A DNA stretch of 64,000 bases, from assembly GCF_006345805.1 (NCBI RefSeq), contig NC_043001.1:83824001-83888000 (forward strand). Reading direction: 5' to 3'. The stretch is from Octopus sinensis (taxonomy: Eukaryota). The notes under the pieces are model-generated. The model did not search any database and was not told the origin of the DNA. It saw only the letters and a list, made by a program, of their open reading frames with translations. Positions 38,751 through 53,075 of the stretch are shown here, in pieces; within the stretch, counting starts at the first letter, position 1; every line of letters begins with the position of its first letter. A program made the position numbers and the translations under genes.

Positions 38751-40197
38751 TAATAACTACACGTACAAGTTTTATTCCACTCTTTTTAGTCAATTTAAGG
38801 CAGCGAACTGGCAAAATTGTTAGCAGCCGGACGAAATGCTTCGCGGCATTTCGTCTGTCTTTACGTTCTGAGTTCAAATTCTGCCGAAGTGACTTTGCCT
38901 TTCATCTTTTCGAGGTTGATGAAATAACTGGCACTCCGTCGGTTACAACGATGAGCGTTCCAGTTGAGCCAATCAATGCAACAGCCTGCAATTAACAATT
39001 ATATATACTTTCTGTAATTAATGGAAGGTGTGTGTGTGTGTAATATGTAAGCAATGTCTGTCTGTGTATATCTTTGTATGAATGAATGAATGTATGTATG
39101 TATGTATGTATGTATGTATGTATGTATGTATGTATGTATGTATGTATGTATGCATATATGTATGTTCTGTACAACTTGTGAATATATACGGTATCTTCTA
39201 AATTAAACTAATCACCAAGTCACATTAGCTCTAAAATGTGGGAGTTAAGGCCCCTATTGGGCGTGGGTGTCTTAATGTCAACCAGAGAGGTTGAATTGTT
39301 GAGAATCTTTTTAACTTGGGTCCTATATCTATTGTTTGAATTTTTTTGAAATAGGACATATATGTGTGTTTACTGAATTTGTAAAAAAGAGCAAAGCTAC
39401 AATTAAGGGTTGCAATTAACGTGCAAGTGGCTGAGCATTCCACAAACATGCGTGCCCTTAAACTAATTCTCAGAGAGATTTAGCGTGATCAGGATGTGAC
39501 AAAGCTAACCCTTTGAATTCCAGGTATAACTCATTTTTGTAAGCTGAGTGGACTGGAGAAACTTGATATGAAGTGTCTTGCTCAATGATTCACAACAGTA
39601 GATCGTGAGCTGAATAACCTAACCACTAAGTCAGGTACCTCCACGGTCGGTGAAATAACTACATGTTGATGTAATTGACTAGTCTCCCCTACCAAATTTC
39701 AGGCCTTGTGACTATAGACGAAAGGGTTATTAGTAGTCAAATTGTTAACATCTATCCAATCAAATAATCGATAGCTTGATTAATTATTCGGTCCATAAAT
39801 TTAAACAGCTAGGCTTGTCGAAGTCTTTTTGTCACCATTCGCGATCTCAACAGCGGCATGCCTTCTCTGCACCAAGTCTGCATCAGGTCTGTGGTATTAA
39901 TGACTTTCTCTGAGGTATAGCAAAATATTTCCATATATTAACTGAATAATTATATGAAAGATGTGGTTTGTAACAGCTGTAGAAGAATTTAGAATAATGT
40001 GATATCTGTGAACTTTGCATTTTTTGGACCATTTTAAACATGTTGCTCTGAATCTGTTGAAGCCAATAATACATACAAACATACATACGTACATACATAC
40101 ATACATACATACATACATACATACATACATACATACATACATACATACATACATACATACATTCATACAAATATATACACAGACAGACATTGCTTAC

Positions 40198-40243
<46 letters not shown>

Positions 40244-40299
40244 TACACAATACACATACATATATGCATGCAAATCTATTCCATTAATTGTAGAGAGTA

Positions 40300-41190
40300 T
40301 ATATAATATGATAAGGAGTAAATGTTATGCAATTATAAGTTGATACATGACATATTTGCAGGGAATATATACTATATAACTGTTAATAGATAATACATAA
40401 TTAGAGGGAGTATACAGAAGCTAATTGTAAGGAGTAAATAATACATAACTGAAGGGAGTATACGGAAGCTAACTGTAAGGAGTAAATAATATATAATTGA
40501 AGGAAGTATACGTAAGCTAATTGCAAGGAGTAAATAATACATAATTGAAGGGAGTATACAGAAGCTAATTGCAAGGAGTAAATAATACATAATTGAAGGG
40601 AGTATACGGAAGCTAATTGTAAGGAGTAAAAAAAAATATAATTGAAGGGAGTATACGTAGGATCTTTTCGGTTTGAACGGCAGTTTCTAAAAATAATTTC
40701 CACGTAACTAAACACTTTTAAACTTCGTATACTGGTAGAATGTGTTTATAAAACATCTTTTTCTCTTGGCTTTATTGAGAAAATTCTATAGTTTATAAGA
40801 TATTTGGGTTTTTTTCAATTTCTGCAATTTCAACCAATCAATGACGTCTATTGAGGTGAAAACATTCTGTGCCGTATGAATATGTCCCTCGTTTAAGAAA
40901 CAAATTGGATTTATTTACATTTGTGAAGAAAAAAGATACCCTTCCCCCACCCCTAACCCTAACCCTAACTAACCCTAACTAATCCTAACCTTAAAACAGA
41001 TTGAAATGCAATAGATCGATACTAGCGTCATAATTATGGGTGACAATTTCATATGACACCGCTAGAAAAAACTGCCGTTCAAACCGAAAAGGTCCTATAC
41101 GTAAGTTAATTGTAAGGAGTAAATAATATATAATTGAGGGGAGTATACGGAAGCTGATTGTAAGGAGTTCCTAATATATAATTGAAAAGG
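40300..41190. repeat. 48-bp minisatellite interrupted by a MITE
   Basis: Unit aagctaattgtaaggagtaaataatacataattgaagggagtatacgg, about 7 copies left and 2 right. Confidence 0.9.
40660..41095. mobile_element. MITE carrying a telomere-like (CCCTAA)n tract
   Basis: TIR gga(t/c)cttttcggtttgaacggcagttt; tatacgta duplicated at 40652-40659 and 41096-41103. Confidence 0.85.
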
Positions 41191-42089
41191 AGCATATTTA
41201 AAACCTTAGCAAAAAACGATTGCTAAATGGCTGATTAAATTTTGAGAGCGCGTATAGGTGGATTGATTAAGTTCCCGATAAATATCCGATGGATCAGAGT
41301 TTTGTATCATGTCAGCAGTTAATACAGTGCTTCAGTGACCCAAATTCTTAGTTTTCGAATATTCAAGAGATTGGTGTCGCATATAAATAGCATATATAAT
41401 GACAACTTCGTCAAACAAATGTTTTCTTACTTTGCCGTGAGTGTTGTAATAGCTTCGTGAAGGTTTGGATTCAACGAAGATAAATGATCTCGTTAGAGAC
41501 ATACTCAACGAAAAGATGACGTTTTAAATAGTTCCAGCGGGTGTTATAAGACTTATTAGATGCCAGGAAGAAGAAAGAAAAACAGTTGTAAAAGCAAAAC
41601 AGAAAGCTGTTGCCCAATACTATTTTTATATTTAATTTATTATTAAATAATTCCAACGGCGAGTTCGTATATTCATACGTACGTATGAATATATTAACAT
41701 GCGGTCACAGATAAATAGAAACAGTCAGCAGTTTATATAGATGAACAGATATTTCGATAAATCGCAGTATCAACCTGTTTAGAGGAAAATGGCAAAGTTG
41801 CTTAGAATAGAGTAGTCAAAGCTAATTCTGAGTGTGAAAGTTTTATTATATTTTAGAAGAGGAATCTTTATGTTCTGAGTTCAAAAACCGCCGATGGGGT
41901 CGATGAAATGGTGGTATTTCGCTCGGCTTTATGCTTTAAGTTCAAATTCTACCGAGGTCGATTTTGACTTTCATCCCTTTCGGGGTTGCAGTCACCCCAA
42001 GTTTCAGGACATACGCATATTGTAGAAAAGATTATTCATATTGTTACGGAGGTAAATTAACTGGAGAACATTACATCATATATGATGTG

Positions 42090-42430
42090 CCATACTAATA
42101 CATACACCAACTAATACATACTAATACGTACTAATACATACTAATACATACTAATACATACACCAACCCTATACATACACACGTCCAGACCCCTCATACG
42201 CACTTATACTCTCTCATACACACACACACACACTTATACATACTAATACGTACTAATACATACTAATACATACTAATACATACACCAACCCCATACATAC
42301 GCACGTCCAGACCAATCCTACGCACTAATACTCTCTCATACACACACACACACACACACCCTTATACATACTAATACATACACCAACCCTATACATACAC
42401 ACGTCCAGACCCCTCCTACGCACTATTAGC
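42090..42430. repeat. About 120-bp tandem repeat (about 3 units) built from catactaata subrepeats
   Basis: ccaaccctatacatacacacgtccagacc recurs three times. Confidence 0.85.
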
Positions 42431-42539
42431 TGGTCCTTCTACCCTATTATCAACCCTATTATCAACCCTATTATCTCCCCTTATTTCGCTCTCGCGTCTC
42501 ATGTTTGATCTTTGACCTCTGGCCGAAATCAGATCGCCA

Positions 42540-42745
42540 TGTTGATTCGTTAGCTACTGCACGCATTTTTTTCTCTCCTTCTTTCTGTGTTTTTTTTCTC
42601 TCTGTGTATCTTTCTGTTGAAGAGCGTAGGCTCGAAACGTTAAAGACTTGTTTTATTTATATTTCCTGAGCGCCATACTAATACAATTGTTCGTTTGTTT
42701 TCCACCTGCCTTCGTCTTTTGTCTATTTTCATAAAGCTTCCCGTT
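42540..42745 (+). mobile_element. Penelope-like pseudo-LTR with hammerhead relic (A6 to T)
   Basis: tcttt CTGTTGA a gagc gtag gctc GAAA cg TT aaaga at 42609-42646. Confidence 0.6.
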
Positions 42746-43662
42746 ATATATATATATATATATATGAATATATACATATATATGTATATATATATGTATG
42801 TATATATGTATATATATGTATATATGTATATATATATATATGTATATATGAGTATATATATATGTATATATATATGTACATATATGTATATGTATGTATA
42901 CATATACATATATATGTGTGTGTATGTATATATATAAGCAAGTGGACCATTACACCTGTCTTCGTGTTTTGTTTTCCCGCAAATTCCAACTATATACGTG
43001 TGTGTGTGTGTGTGCGCGCGCGTATGAATATATGTATGTATATATATATGTGTGTTTGTGATTATATATATATATATATATATATATGTTATATGATATA
43101 TATATATATATATATAAAGTTAATCCAAACATGAGAATACAAAGAGAAAACACAACAAAGCGGGGACGTGGAACAAGTATAGTGTTATTGGACGCTCAGG
43201 AAATGAAAGAAGAATGAACTATAAAATGTATTTAAGTAACAAGATCTGTGGATACCCTTATTTTCAAGAATATAGTTATTGCCTTTATAATATCCATTAG
43301 TCACAAGAGTAGAATAATAAAGGTGGGGGGAGAAAGCAATAGAACCGATCGTGTTTCATGTCTTCGTTTCCACATCTACTTCACAAGCGTATTTCTCTCC
43401 TTTAAATTGTTCACATGAAGAATTTTCAGAGACATTTTGAACTATGAATAATCACTTTTCCGACTCTGTATTTAATTTTTTTACTGCAATATCTCAAAGA
43501 AACTTGTTTATCAACCTTATGGGTTTATTAATATATTTGTGTGTGTGTGTGTGTTTGTGCGTGTATTTATATATTTTGTGTTTTTATTCTTTTATTACTT
43601 TATTTGTTTCAGTCGTTAGGCTGCGGCCATGCTGGGGCACGGCGTATATTTATATATCTATA

Positions 43663-44138
43663 TATTCTTTTCTACTCTAGGCACAAGGCCCGAAATTTTG
43701 GGAGAGGGCGGCAGTCGATTACATGGACCCAGTACGCAACTGGTACTTAATTTATTGACTCCGAAAGGATGAAAGGCAAAGTCGACCTCGGCGGAATTTG
43801 AACTCAGAACGTAACGGCAGACGAAATGCCTATTTCTTTACTACCCACAAGGGGCTAAACACAGAGAGGACAAACAAGGACAGACAGACTGATTAAGTCG
43901 ATTATATCGACCTCCGTGCGTAACTGGTACTTAATTTATCAACCCCGAAAGGATGAAATGCAAAGTCGACCACGGCGGAATTTGAACTCTGAACGTAACG
44001 ATAAGCATTTCGCCCGGCGTGCTAATTTATCGACCCCGAAAGGATGAAAGGCAAAGTCGACCTCGGTGGAATTTGAACTCAGAACGTACCGATAAGCTTT
44101 TCGCCTGGCGTGCTAACGTTTCTGCTAGCTCACCACCT
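43663..44138 (-). mobile_element. SINE family B multi-unit array ending in a standard tail
   Basis: Head, partial duplication, body plus Tx1-like tail, then body plus gtgcctagagtagaaaagaata tail. Confidence 0.85.
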
Positions 44139-45166
44139 TTATATTTATATATTTATGAGCGGTGGATGATAGATTACGTTTATCAATTTGTGTTGCAAGT
44201 TTCCTGATGTGAAACCGTGTATTGAAACAGATATTGTTAGATTTCGGGACGGTCATCTTGTTTATTTGCCACATAAACACACACCCTATATATTTGTTCT
44301 TCACTTGTTAATTACATTTTTTTTTATTGCCTACAAGGGGCTAAAGACAGAGGAGACAAACAAGGACAGACAGACGGATTAAGTCGATTAAGTCGACCTC
44401 GGCGGAATTTGAACTCAGAACGTAGCGGCAGACTGAGTTCAAATTCCGCCGAGGTCGACTTTGCAGACGAAATACCGCTAAGCATTTCGCCCGGCGTGCT
44501 AACGTTTCTGCCAGCTCGCCGCCTTTTATTACTCGTTTATTACTTTTCACATTTTCAGTGTGAACCATGCTGAGTTGTTTAAATGGCCTATATATACTTC
44601 TTTAAAACATTTATTACTTTCTTTGTAGCACAATGGTGTAGCCGAACACTATCTCTGTGGTTTCGGTGGGTTAATCTTGGCAGTATTGTTTGCCGTTTTC
44701 CTTTTGTCTTTAGTGTCTAATCTGTAGGTGTGTGCATGAACCACATTTATACACAATTTTGTCTAGAAAGGAAAAGTGCCGGAGTGGCTGTGTAGTAAGA
44801 AATTTGCTTCTTAACCACAGGGCTCCGGGTTCAGTCCTTCTGATGGCAGCTCGGGCAAGTGTCTTCTACTATAGTTTTGTGAATGGACTTGGTGGACAGA
44901 AACTGAAAGAAGCCCGTCGTACATGCATATATCTACGTATGGTTTTGTGCCTGTGTTTGTCCCCCACCATAGCTTGACAACCGGTGTTGGTGTGTTTACG
45001 ACCCCGTAACTTTGCAACATCACTTTGCAACATGGGAAGCGGGTTAGTGGATTACATCGACCCTAATTTTTAATTGGTGATCATTTTTCGATCCAGAAAG
45101 AATGAAAGGCGAAGCTGATCTCTGTGGAATTTGATCTGAGAATGAGAAAAGCTCAAAGAAATGATA

Positions 45167-45437
45167 CAGTAATCCCTCACCATATCGCGGCTCTCCTACC
45201 GCAGTTCAGTCACATATCGTAGTTCACCTGTCGCGGTTCACCTATCGCCGTTTATTATTTATATTTACGTCGATTCCTCTTTGGTGTTGTTTGCATTTAT
45301 AATAAAATAAGCATATACAAATTATAAAAATAATGCAAAAATATACACAGTACAATACTGTTTCTACTTCGCAGATTTTCACCTATCGCGGGGGTGGGGT
45401 TTGGAACGTATCACATGCGATCGTCGAGGGATTACTG
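45167..45437. mobile_element. Tigger/pogo-like MITE inserted in a SINE B copy
   Basis: TIR cagtaatccct/agggattactg; TA TSD; related to 20169-20680. Confidence 0.85.
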
Positions 45438-45874
45438 TAAACATTTTAACTGATACGCAGACGATTCAGTCAGCTCTTTGTCTGAGATAATTCTTTCTAC
45501 TTTTGGAACAAGGCCAGTTATTTTGAGGGAAGTGGAGCAGATCGATTCCATGGATCAAGCAGTATATGACTGGTACTTTATTTTATCAACCATGATAGTA
45601 TTATGTGGACTCAGAACGTAATGGGCCAGAAAAAAAGCCGTTAAGCATTTTGTCCGACGCGCTAACAATTATGCCAGATCCCCGCCTTAGCTAATGCTTT
45701 CTATACTTTGGGTACAAGGCTTGAAAATTTTGAGGAGGGGAGCTAGTGGGTTACATCGACTCTAGTGGTCGACTGGTACTTATTTTTTCGACCCCGAAAT
45801 AAAGAAAGGAAAAGTTGACGTCAAAATGTAAAGAGTCGCCTATTCATTTATTTATTTATTTATTTATTTATTTA

Positions 45875-46297
45875 TTCTTTTACTTGTTTCAGTCATTTGA
45901 CTGCGGCCATGCTGGAGCACCGCCTTTAGTCGAGCAAATCGACTCCAGGACTTATTCTTTGTAAGCCTAGTACTTATTCTATCGGTCTCCTTTGCCGAAC
46001 CGCTAAGTTACGGGAACGTAAACACACCAGCATCGGTTGTCAAGCGATGTTGGTGGGACAAACATAGACACACAAACATATACACACACATACATACATA
46101 TATATATATAAATATATATATACACATATATACGACGGGCTTCTTTCAGTTTCCGTTTACCAAATCCACTCACAAGGCTTTGGTCGGCCCGCGGCTATAG
46201 CAGAAGACACTTGCACACCGTGTCACGCAGTGGGACTGAACCCGGAACCATGTGGTTTGTAAGCAAGCTACTTACCACACAGCCACTCCGGCGCCTA
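45875..46297 (-). mobile_element. SINE family A
   Basis: Full length, in an (ATTT)n context. Confidence 0.9.
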
Positions 46298-46884
46298 TTT
46301 ATTTATTTATTTATTATAAAACATGCTCACACTCAGAATTAACACTTTGACCACTCTATTCTAAGCAGCCTTAACCCGTTCCTTTGAACAGATCGACACT
46401 GTAGTTTATTACTGTATTATCTGTGTATCTAAAGCGGCGAGCTGGCAGAATCGCTCTGGGTTCAAATTCTGCTGAGGTCGATTTTGTCTTTCATCCTTCC
46501 GAAGTCGAGAAAATAAGTTCTAGATGAACACAGGGGTCGATGTAATCGACTTACCCGCTGCTTCCCCGAACTTGCTGGCATTGTACTAAAATTTGAAATC
46601 AAAATATTATCTGTTTATCTAAGGCGGTGAGCTTGTAGAATTGTTCGCACGTCGGGCAAAATGCTTTGCAGCATTTCGTCATCTTTACGTTCTGGTTTCG
46701 AATTCCGCCGAGATCGACTTTACTTTTCCTCCGTCCGGTATCAGCTGATTTCAGGAGTCGATATATTCGATTTACCCCCTCCCACAGAATTGCTGGCCTA
46801 GTGCCAAATTTTGAAACCAATATATTATCTATTTATCTGCATAATTCGCTGACTGTCTCTTTCTATGATCGTGTGTACGTATAC

Positions 46885-47118
46885 CTATTTCTTTACTACC
46901 CACAAGGGGCTAAACACAGAGAGGACAAACAAGGACAGACAAACGGATTAAGTCGATTATATCGACCCCAGTGCGTAACTGGTACTTAATTTATAGATCC
47001 TGAAAGGATGAAAGGAAAGTCGACCTCGGCGGAATTTGAACACAGAACGTAACGGCAGACGAAATACCGCAAAGCATTTCGCCCGGCATGCTAACGCTTC
47101 TGCCAGCTCACCGCCTTG
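46885..47118 (-). mobile_element. SINE family B monomer with Tx1-like tail
   Basis: tgtgtacgtata duplicated on both flanks. Confidence 0.85.
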
Positions 47119-47569
47119 TTCATGTGTACGTATATTAGTTGGTACGTACGTGCGAATGTACACACGACCGTACGTATCGTCTCCCTCTCTCTTTCTCTCT
47201 CTCTATCTTCCTACCTACTTATATACATACCTAACTCTCAGCCATTTCTCATAGTTATAATTCCCTAGAATACTGACATATTACAAAGTGACCATTGTTA
47301 TACAAAAAAAAGGCAGATATCACGTCTTTCAAAGTGGTTAAACGCTTTGTGGACCTTTACTAATGTTGACATTCAACTCTCGTTGCTTAGTCTGTTTCCT
47401 GAATGTCTGAAGACGTACTGATGTAACACGAAACTACTTTCGTAAAACGCAAATACGCAAAACTTTCAAAAAGGATTTAATTTGTTGTTGTTGTTGCTGT
47501 TATTTTCAGGACCGTCTTCAATCTTTTTCTCAGCCATCGTGTTTAATAAAGCATCTATTGTTAATATCA

Positions 47570-49060
47570 GGGCGGTGAAAGGCTACGAGACGGCAGAATC
47601 ATTAGCGCGCCGGGTAAAATGCTGACGGCATTTCGTCCGTCTTTACGTTCTGAGTTCAAATGCCGCCAAGGTCGAATTCGCTTTTCTTTCTTTCAGAGGC
47701 CGAGAAAGTAAGTACAAAATTTTAAATCAATATTAGGATGTTGACCTGGCAGAAACATCAGCACGCCGGGCGAAATGCTTAGCGGTAATTCGTCTACCGT
47801 TACGTTCTGAGTTCAAATTCCGCCGAGGTCGACTTTGCCTTTCATCCTTTCGGGGTCGATTAAATAAGTACCAGTTACGCACTGGGGTCGATATAATCGA
47901 CTTAATCACTTTGTCTGTCCTTGTTTGTTCCCTCTGTGTTTAGCCCCTCGTCGGTAGTAAAGAAATAGGTAATTCGTCTGTCTTTATGTTCTGAGCTAAA
48001 ATTCCGACGAGGTCGACTTTGCCTTTCGTCTTTTTGGGGTCGATAAATTAAGTACTAGTTACGCACTGGGGTCGATCTAATCGGCTTAATGCCTTTGTCT
48101 GTCCTTGTTCGTCCCCTCTATGTTTAGGCCCTTGTGGGCAATAAAGAAATAAGAATCATTAGCACGTCGGGTTAAATGCTTACGCATTTCGTCCGTCTTT
48201 ACATTCTGAGTTCGGCAGAATTTGAACTCAGAACGTAACGACAGACGAAATACCTATTTCTTTACTACCCACAAGGGGCTAAACACAGAGAGGACAAACA
48301 AGGACAGACAAACGGATTAAGTCGATTATATCGACCCCAGAGCGTAACTAGTACTTAATTTATCAACCCCGAAAGGATGAAAGGCAAAGTCGACCTCGGC
48401 GGAATTTGAACTCAGAACGTAGCGGCAGACGAAATACCGCTGAGCATTTTGCCCGGCGTGCTAATTCTGCCAGCTCGCCGCCTTTACGCCCGTCTTTACG
48501 TTCTGTGTTCAAATTCCGGCGAGGTCGACTTTACCTTTCATTCTTTCGGGATCGATAAAATAAGTACCAGTTGAACACTAGGGTCAATATAATCCCTCCC
48601 CTGAACTTGATAGCCGTGTGCCAAAATCTGAAACCAATATTAGGCCGGCGTGCTGGCGGAATCGTCAGAGCGTCGCATAAAGTCCCTTGCAGAATTTCTT
48701 TCGGCTCTTTATGTTCTGAGCTCAAATCTCACATTGGCCAATTTTGACTTTCATCCTTTCGGGGGTGGATAAAATGAAGTAGCCGTCAAACACTGGGTTC
48801 GATGCCACCGAATAACACCATCTCTCCAAATTGTGCCAAAATTTGTAACAATTATAAGTATTTCTACTGGCAGAATCTTTAGAACATTGGAAAAATACTT
48901 TTCGGTTTTTCTTTCGACCTTTTACATCGAGTTCAAATTTCTCTGAGGTCAATATCATCTTTCATCCTTTTAGGGTCGATAAAATAGAGCGGCGGTCACG
49001 TAGTAAAGTCCATGTAATCGAGTAAACCCCTTCTTCCAAATTTCTGGTCCTCTACTTGAT
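47570..49060. mobile_element. Cluster of at least 6 SINE family B copies, tandem and inverted
   Basis: Repeated ttctgagttcaaattccgccgaggtcgac cores on both strands. Confidence 0.85.
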
Positions 49061-50251
49061 CCCAGAAGGTAATATGATTAACAACAGCACTAGCAACAAA
49101 ACAACACCACTAACAGCGACATAAAACACAACACCAATAACAACAGCAGTAACAACAATATAAACTGTAATAGCGGCAGCAATGGCAGCGCCACAATAGC
49201 AGCGGCAAGAATGGCTGCGTCAGAACAGCAGCGACAACAATGGTTGCGTCACCATAGCCACGGCAACAATAGCTGCGACACCATAGCAGCGCCAACAATG
49301 CCTTCTCCACAGTAGCAGCGGCAACAGTAACGAAAACAGGAACAGCAGCAAGCAGAGCTACAGCAAGCACTACCACTAGTTTCCCCAGCCCACCCCACCC
49401 CAAAAATAACAACAACTACACTAAAAATAACAACAACGAAAGAAATTGTAACAAAGTCGACAATAAGGATAACAAGAACAAAACAGACACTCCATCGGTT
49501 ACAACGACGAGTGTTCCAGTTAATGCGATCGACAGAACAGCCTGCTCGAGAAATTAACGTGCTAGTGGCTGAGCACTCCACAGACCAGTGTACTCTTAAC
49601 GTAGTTCTTATTGAGATATAGTGTGACACAGAATGCGACACGGCTGACCTTTTGAGTTACAATTACAACTCATTTTTGTCAGAAGAGTGAAGTGGAATAA
49701 TTTGCAAAAAAGTGTCTTGCTCAAGGATATAGCGCGCTGCCGGAAACTGAACCCATGACCTTACAACCATGAGCTGAATACCCTATCCAGTAACCCACGC
49801 ACCTTCAACAGCAGTAACAACAATGAACTCGTAACAGTAACGGCGACAAATCTATAAAGAAAAATATCCTTCGCGCATGTCATAGAGCAGTGGACAATGC
49901 ATACACTCGAAAGAAAAGCAGATGCAATTAAAAAAAGTATAGAAACGATTCCATCCCCCGCCACCTCCGGTAGGGATGTTCTCAGCAAAAGAGTATTGTG
50001 CGCTACAAAAGGACCGTCCATTATAAGTTCATTAATTATACAGACGCAATAGCCGTCCCTAGCTGAAATTGTGAAATGTCTGGAAATGGTTCAATGTTCA
50101 GTAGTTTACGTAACCTGAGGAAAGCAAAATGGAACGTAGTAGCCATCTGCTGAACTCGAACGATGGCTACAAGTACAGTTTGTTTTCCTACCGTTATAAA
50201 TAGAACGCGGTGTGACCAAAGTCAGGGTCATCGACGTACCTCCTCATAGGA

Positions 50252-50690
50252 GGTACGTCTCCGCCGCATTCTTCGCTGTCGACGCATTGATCGGGTTTCT
50301 ACAGCCGGTCTTCGTCGTCGCCTGAATCTCCGGCCCCTCCCTTCGGTGCTTCTATAACGGCGCTTAAGGTGGTTCGGTCATGCGGCCCGGTGTCCAGAGG
50401 GTGAGCTGATTCGCGATGTCTTCCTCCCACCTCCACTTCCCAGCGTGCGCAAACGCACGGGCAGGCAGCTGACCACCTGGGCAACGACAATAAAGGAGGA
50501 CCTCTCCGAACTCTCAAGTCCGCAGGTGGTCGGTCTGCGCAGATGGAAACGCGAATGGCTCGCTATCTCCAGTGACCTCGCACAGGACCGTCGAACGTGG
50601 GCCACCATGGTTCGTGATGCCGTTAGGAACAGAGAAGAAGCCGGCTCAACCCGCCCTGGGTGAATACCGTCACAAGTACAAGTACAAGTA
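50252..50690 (+). mobile_element. 5' truncated RTE-clade LINE with (CAAGTA)3 tail and 12-bp TSD
   Basis: RRLRWFGHAARCPEG..LAQDRRTW; TSD ctcctcatagga at 50240-50251 and 50691-50702. Confidence 0.9.
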
Positions 50691-51536
50691 CTCCTCATAG
50701 GAATGAGACCAAAGTACTGGAAATGCCAGAGTAGCACGGGGAAAAATTTAAAGTCTAACAGAGATCCCAGGAAGGAAGCAACTGCTTATGAATTCCTGCT
50801 TATTAGCATTACAGAGAGGGTGAATTAATCCTTTGTATAGATGCACAATTTCCAATGGTGTAGATGTAAATTTCCAGAGAAATGAAGAGGAATTTCATAT
50901 TCACAGGCGATAAATTTATCAATGGTTGAACACAATGAGGTAGGTATCAATTCTTGTTATATGATTAGGTATTTGCCACATTAATCACATTACTGCTATT
51001 TACAAGAGGCTGTAGCTATTTGGAATTGAGACCCACCTCGTTGTGATTAACAATGGATAAATTTGTCTTCTGTGAGTATGTAATCCCTCATCATATCTCT
51101 GGAAATTCATATGTGCTCTATGGATTAGGTCACCTTCTCTGTGATGCTATTAAAACTTTTTTAAAATTCTGTGATAAGACTGTACATCATCTTTAAAGAA
51201 CTTTAATGAACTTTGGAAATCTGTTTATGTTACTTAATTATCTACATTACTTCATGAGTATAGCCTCAACCACTAGGATGTCTAGAGAACTCACATGTAT
51301 TTTAGCTGATGAGTACGGGACACGTTTATATGCTGTAATTTTTACAACTTTTAATAAAGCCTGTCCTTGTATGAAACGATTGTACTAAAAACCTATCCAT
51401 TCTTGTTGCTTCTTTCTCGCTTATAATCACCCCACATTACTGTATTGTTAAACAGTATAGTTTTTTTTGGTGCATCTAAGTTAGGTACCATATTCAAGTA
51501 AATTCATTTAAATTAACTTGAATCTTTATTGCTTTT

Positions 51537-51610
<74 letters not shown>

Positions 51611-51612
51611 CA

Positions 51613-51673
<61 letters not shown>

Positions 51674-52589
51674 GCATGTATATAAATACATGCATATACA
51701 TATACATATATACATGCATGTACGCCTGTGCTTATATATACATAAACACATGAATATATCTGTGTATATGTACATAAGTATATACACACACTCCCACTCA
51801 TATATGTATGTATATGTATATACATGTGTGAGAGTGTGGTTGTGTGTGTGATTGTGTGTGTGTATGTGTGTGTGTATGTAAGGGTGAAAGTTATATTCTA
51901 GTATTAATTCTCCAAGGTGGTTCATTTTGGTAATCTTAGCTAGAGTAAAATGGGTTAGTATGGGGCGGAGGCGAGTAGAATGTTTGGAAGTGATACAACA
52001 CGTGTATGTATATACGCGTGTAGACTATGCAATGTGTTTATACATGAAATAAATGCTTTCATCAACACTCACATTGTCTCTGTTGTGACGTCAAAGCATT
52101 TATTTTTACGAGGTGTTGACACTGTCTACGCCAATGTTTAGAGCAAAGCTATAACAATGAAGATAACATTGGTACCCCGGATAATTAGACAGGTTAACAC
52201 ATAGGAGATTAGATATGGTTATTTGACCTGTCGTATACATACCAACGAATGAGCTCATCTTACATAACTTTAAATAGCTTTTAAAGTTATGCAAATACCT
52301 TCAATATCCACTCTGTCTACGTATACGTATTTATTATATATGTATGAATGTTATTTTCTGTTTTTAATTATTTAAATTTTTCCTTTGAAGAAGGAGCTGT
52401 TTTTTTTAATAAAGATACCTGGAAAATATGAAGGCTGACCTGTGCCTGGAGAGTCAACGTCACACATCGAAAACTCTAGGAACACGCAGCCACCACCATC
52501 AACAAGGACATCACTCAACTCGCATAGCCCGACCAAATACTACCCTCGGTGCTGCCATTGAATAACAAAACAGATTTTCCATCTCTTAT

Positions 52590-53075
52590 ATACCTTCATG
52601 ATGGGATTAAATCCCTTTTCAAACTCCTTTCCCTGAATGCCCGAAGTTTGTGCAACGAGGTACACCATTTTGAATCTTATATATCAAGAGTATTGACCCC
52701 GATTTCACCACAGTCATCGAAACATGGGCACACTCTCTACTCAGAGATGGTGTTTTTAGCATAGCTGGTTACAACATGTAGCGCAAAGACCGTACTAATC
52801 GTCGTGGAGGTGCCGTGATGATCTACATTCAGTAAAACTTCTCCAGCTATTCTTTGCGATGATCTGAACAAATCACAACACGAGGCACTCTTTTGCGAAT
52901 TACGCATAAGCATGTCAACACTGAGACTTAGAGTTGTCTATCACCCACCAAATTGCCATCAAGACACAGTTTTTTTTAAATCCCCAGAGCCGCATCTAAG
53001 AAAACAACCACTTATTTTTTTATTGCCCGTGACCTCAACTACCCTGAAATTGAATAGAAAACTTTTCGTTCGCCA
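52590..53075 (+). mobile_element. CR1/L2-type LINE AP-endonuclease relic
   Basis: SLNARSL, ETW, RKDR..RGGAVMIY, VVYHPP and DLNYP motifs with stops and frameshifts. Confidence 0.65.
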
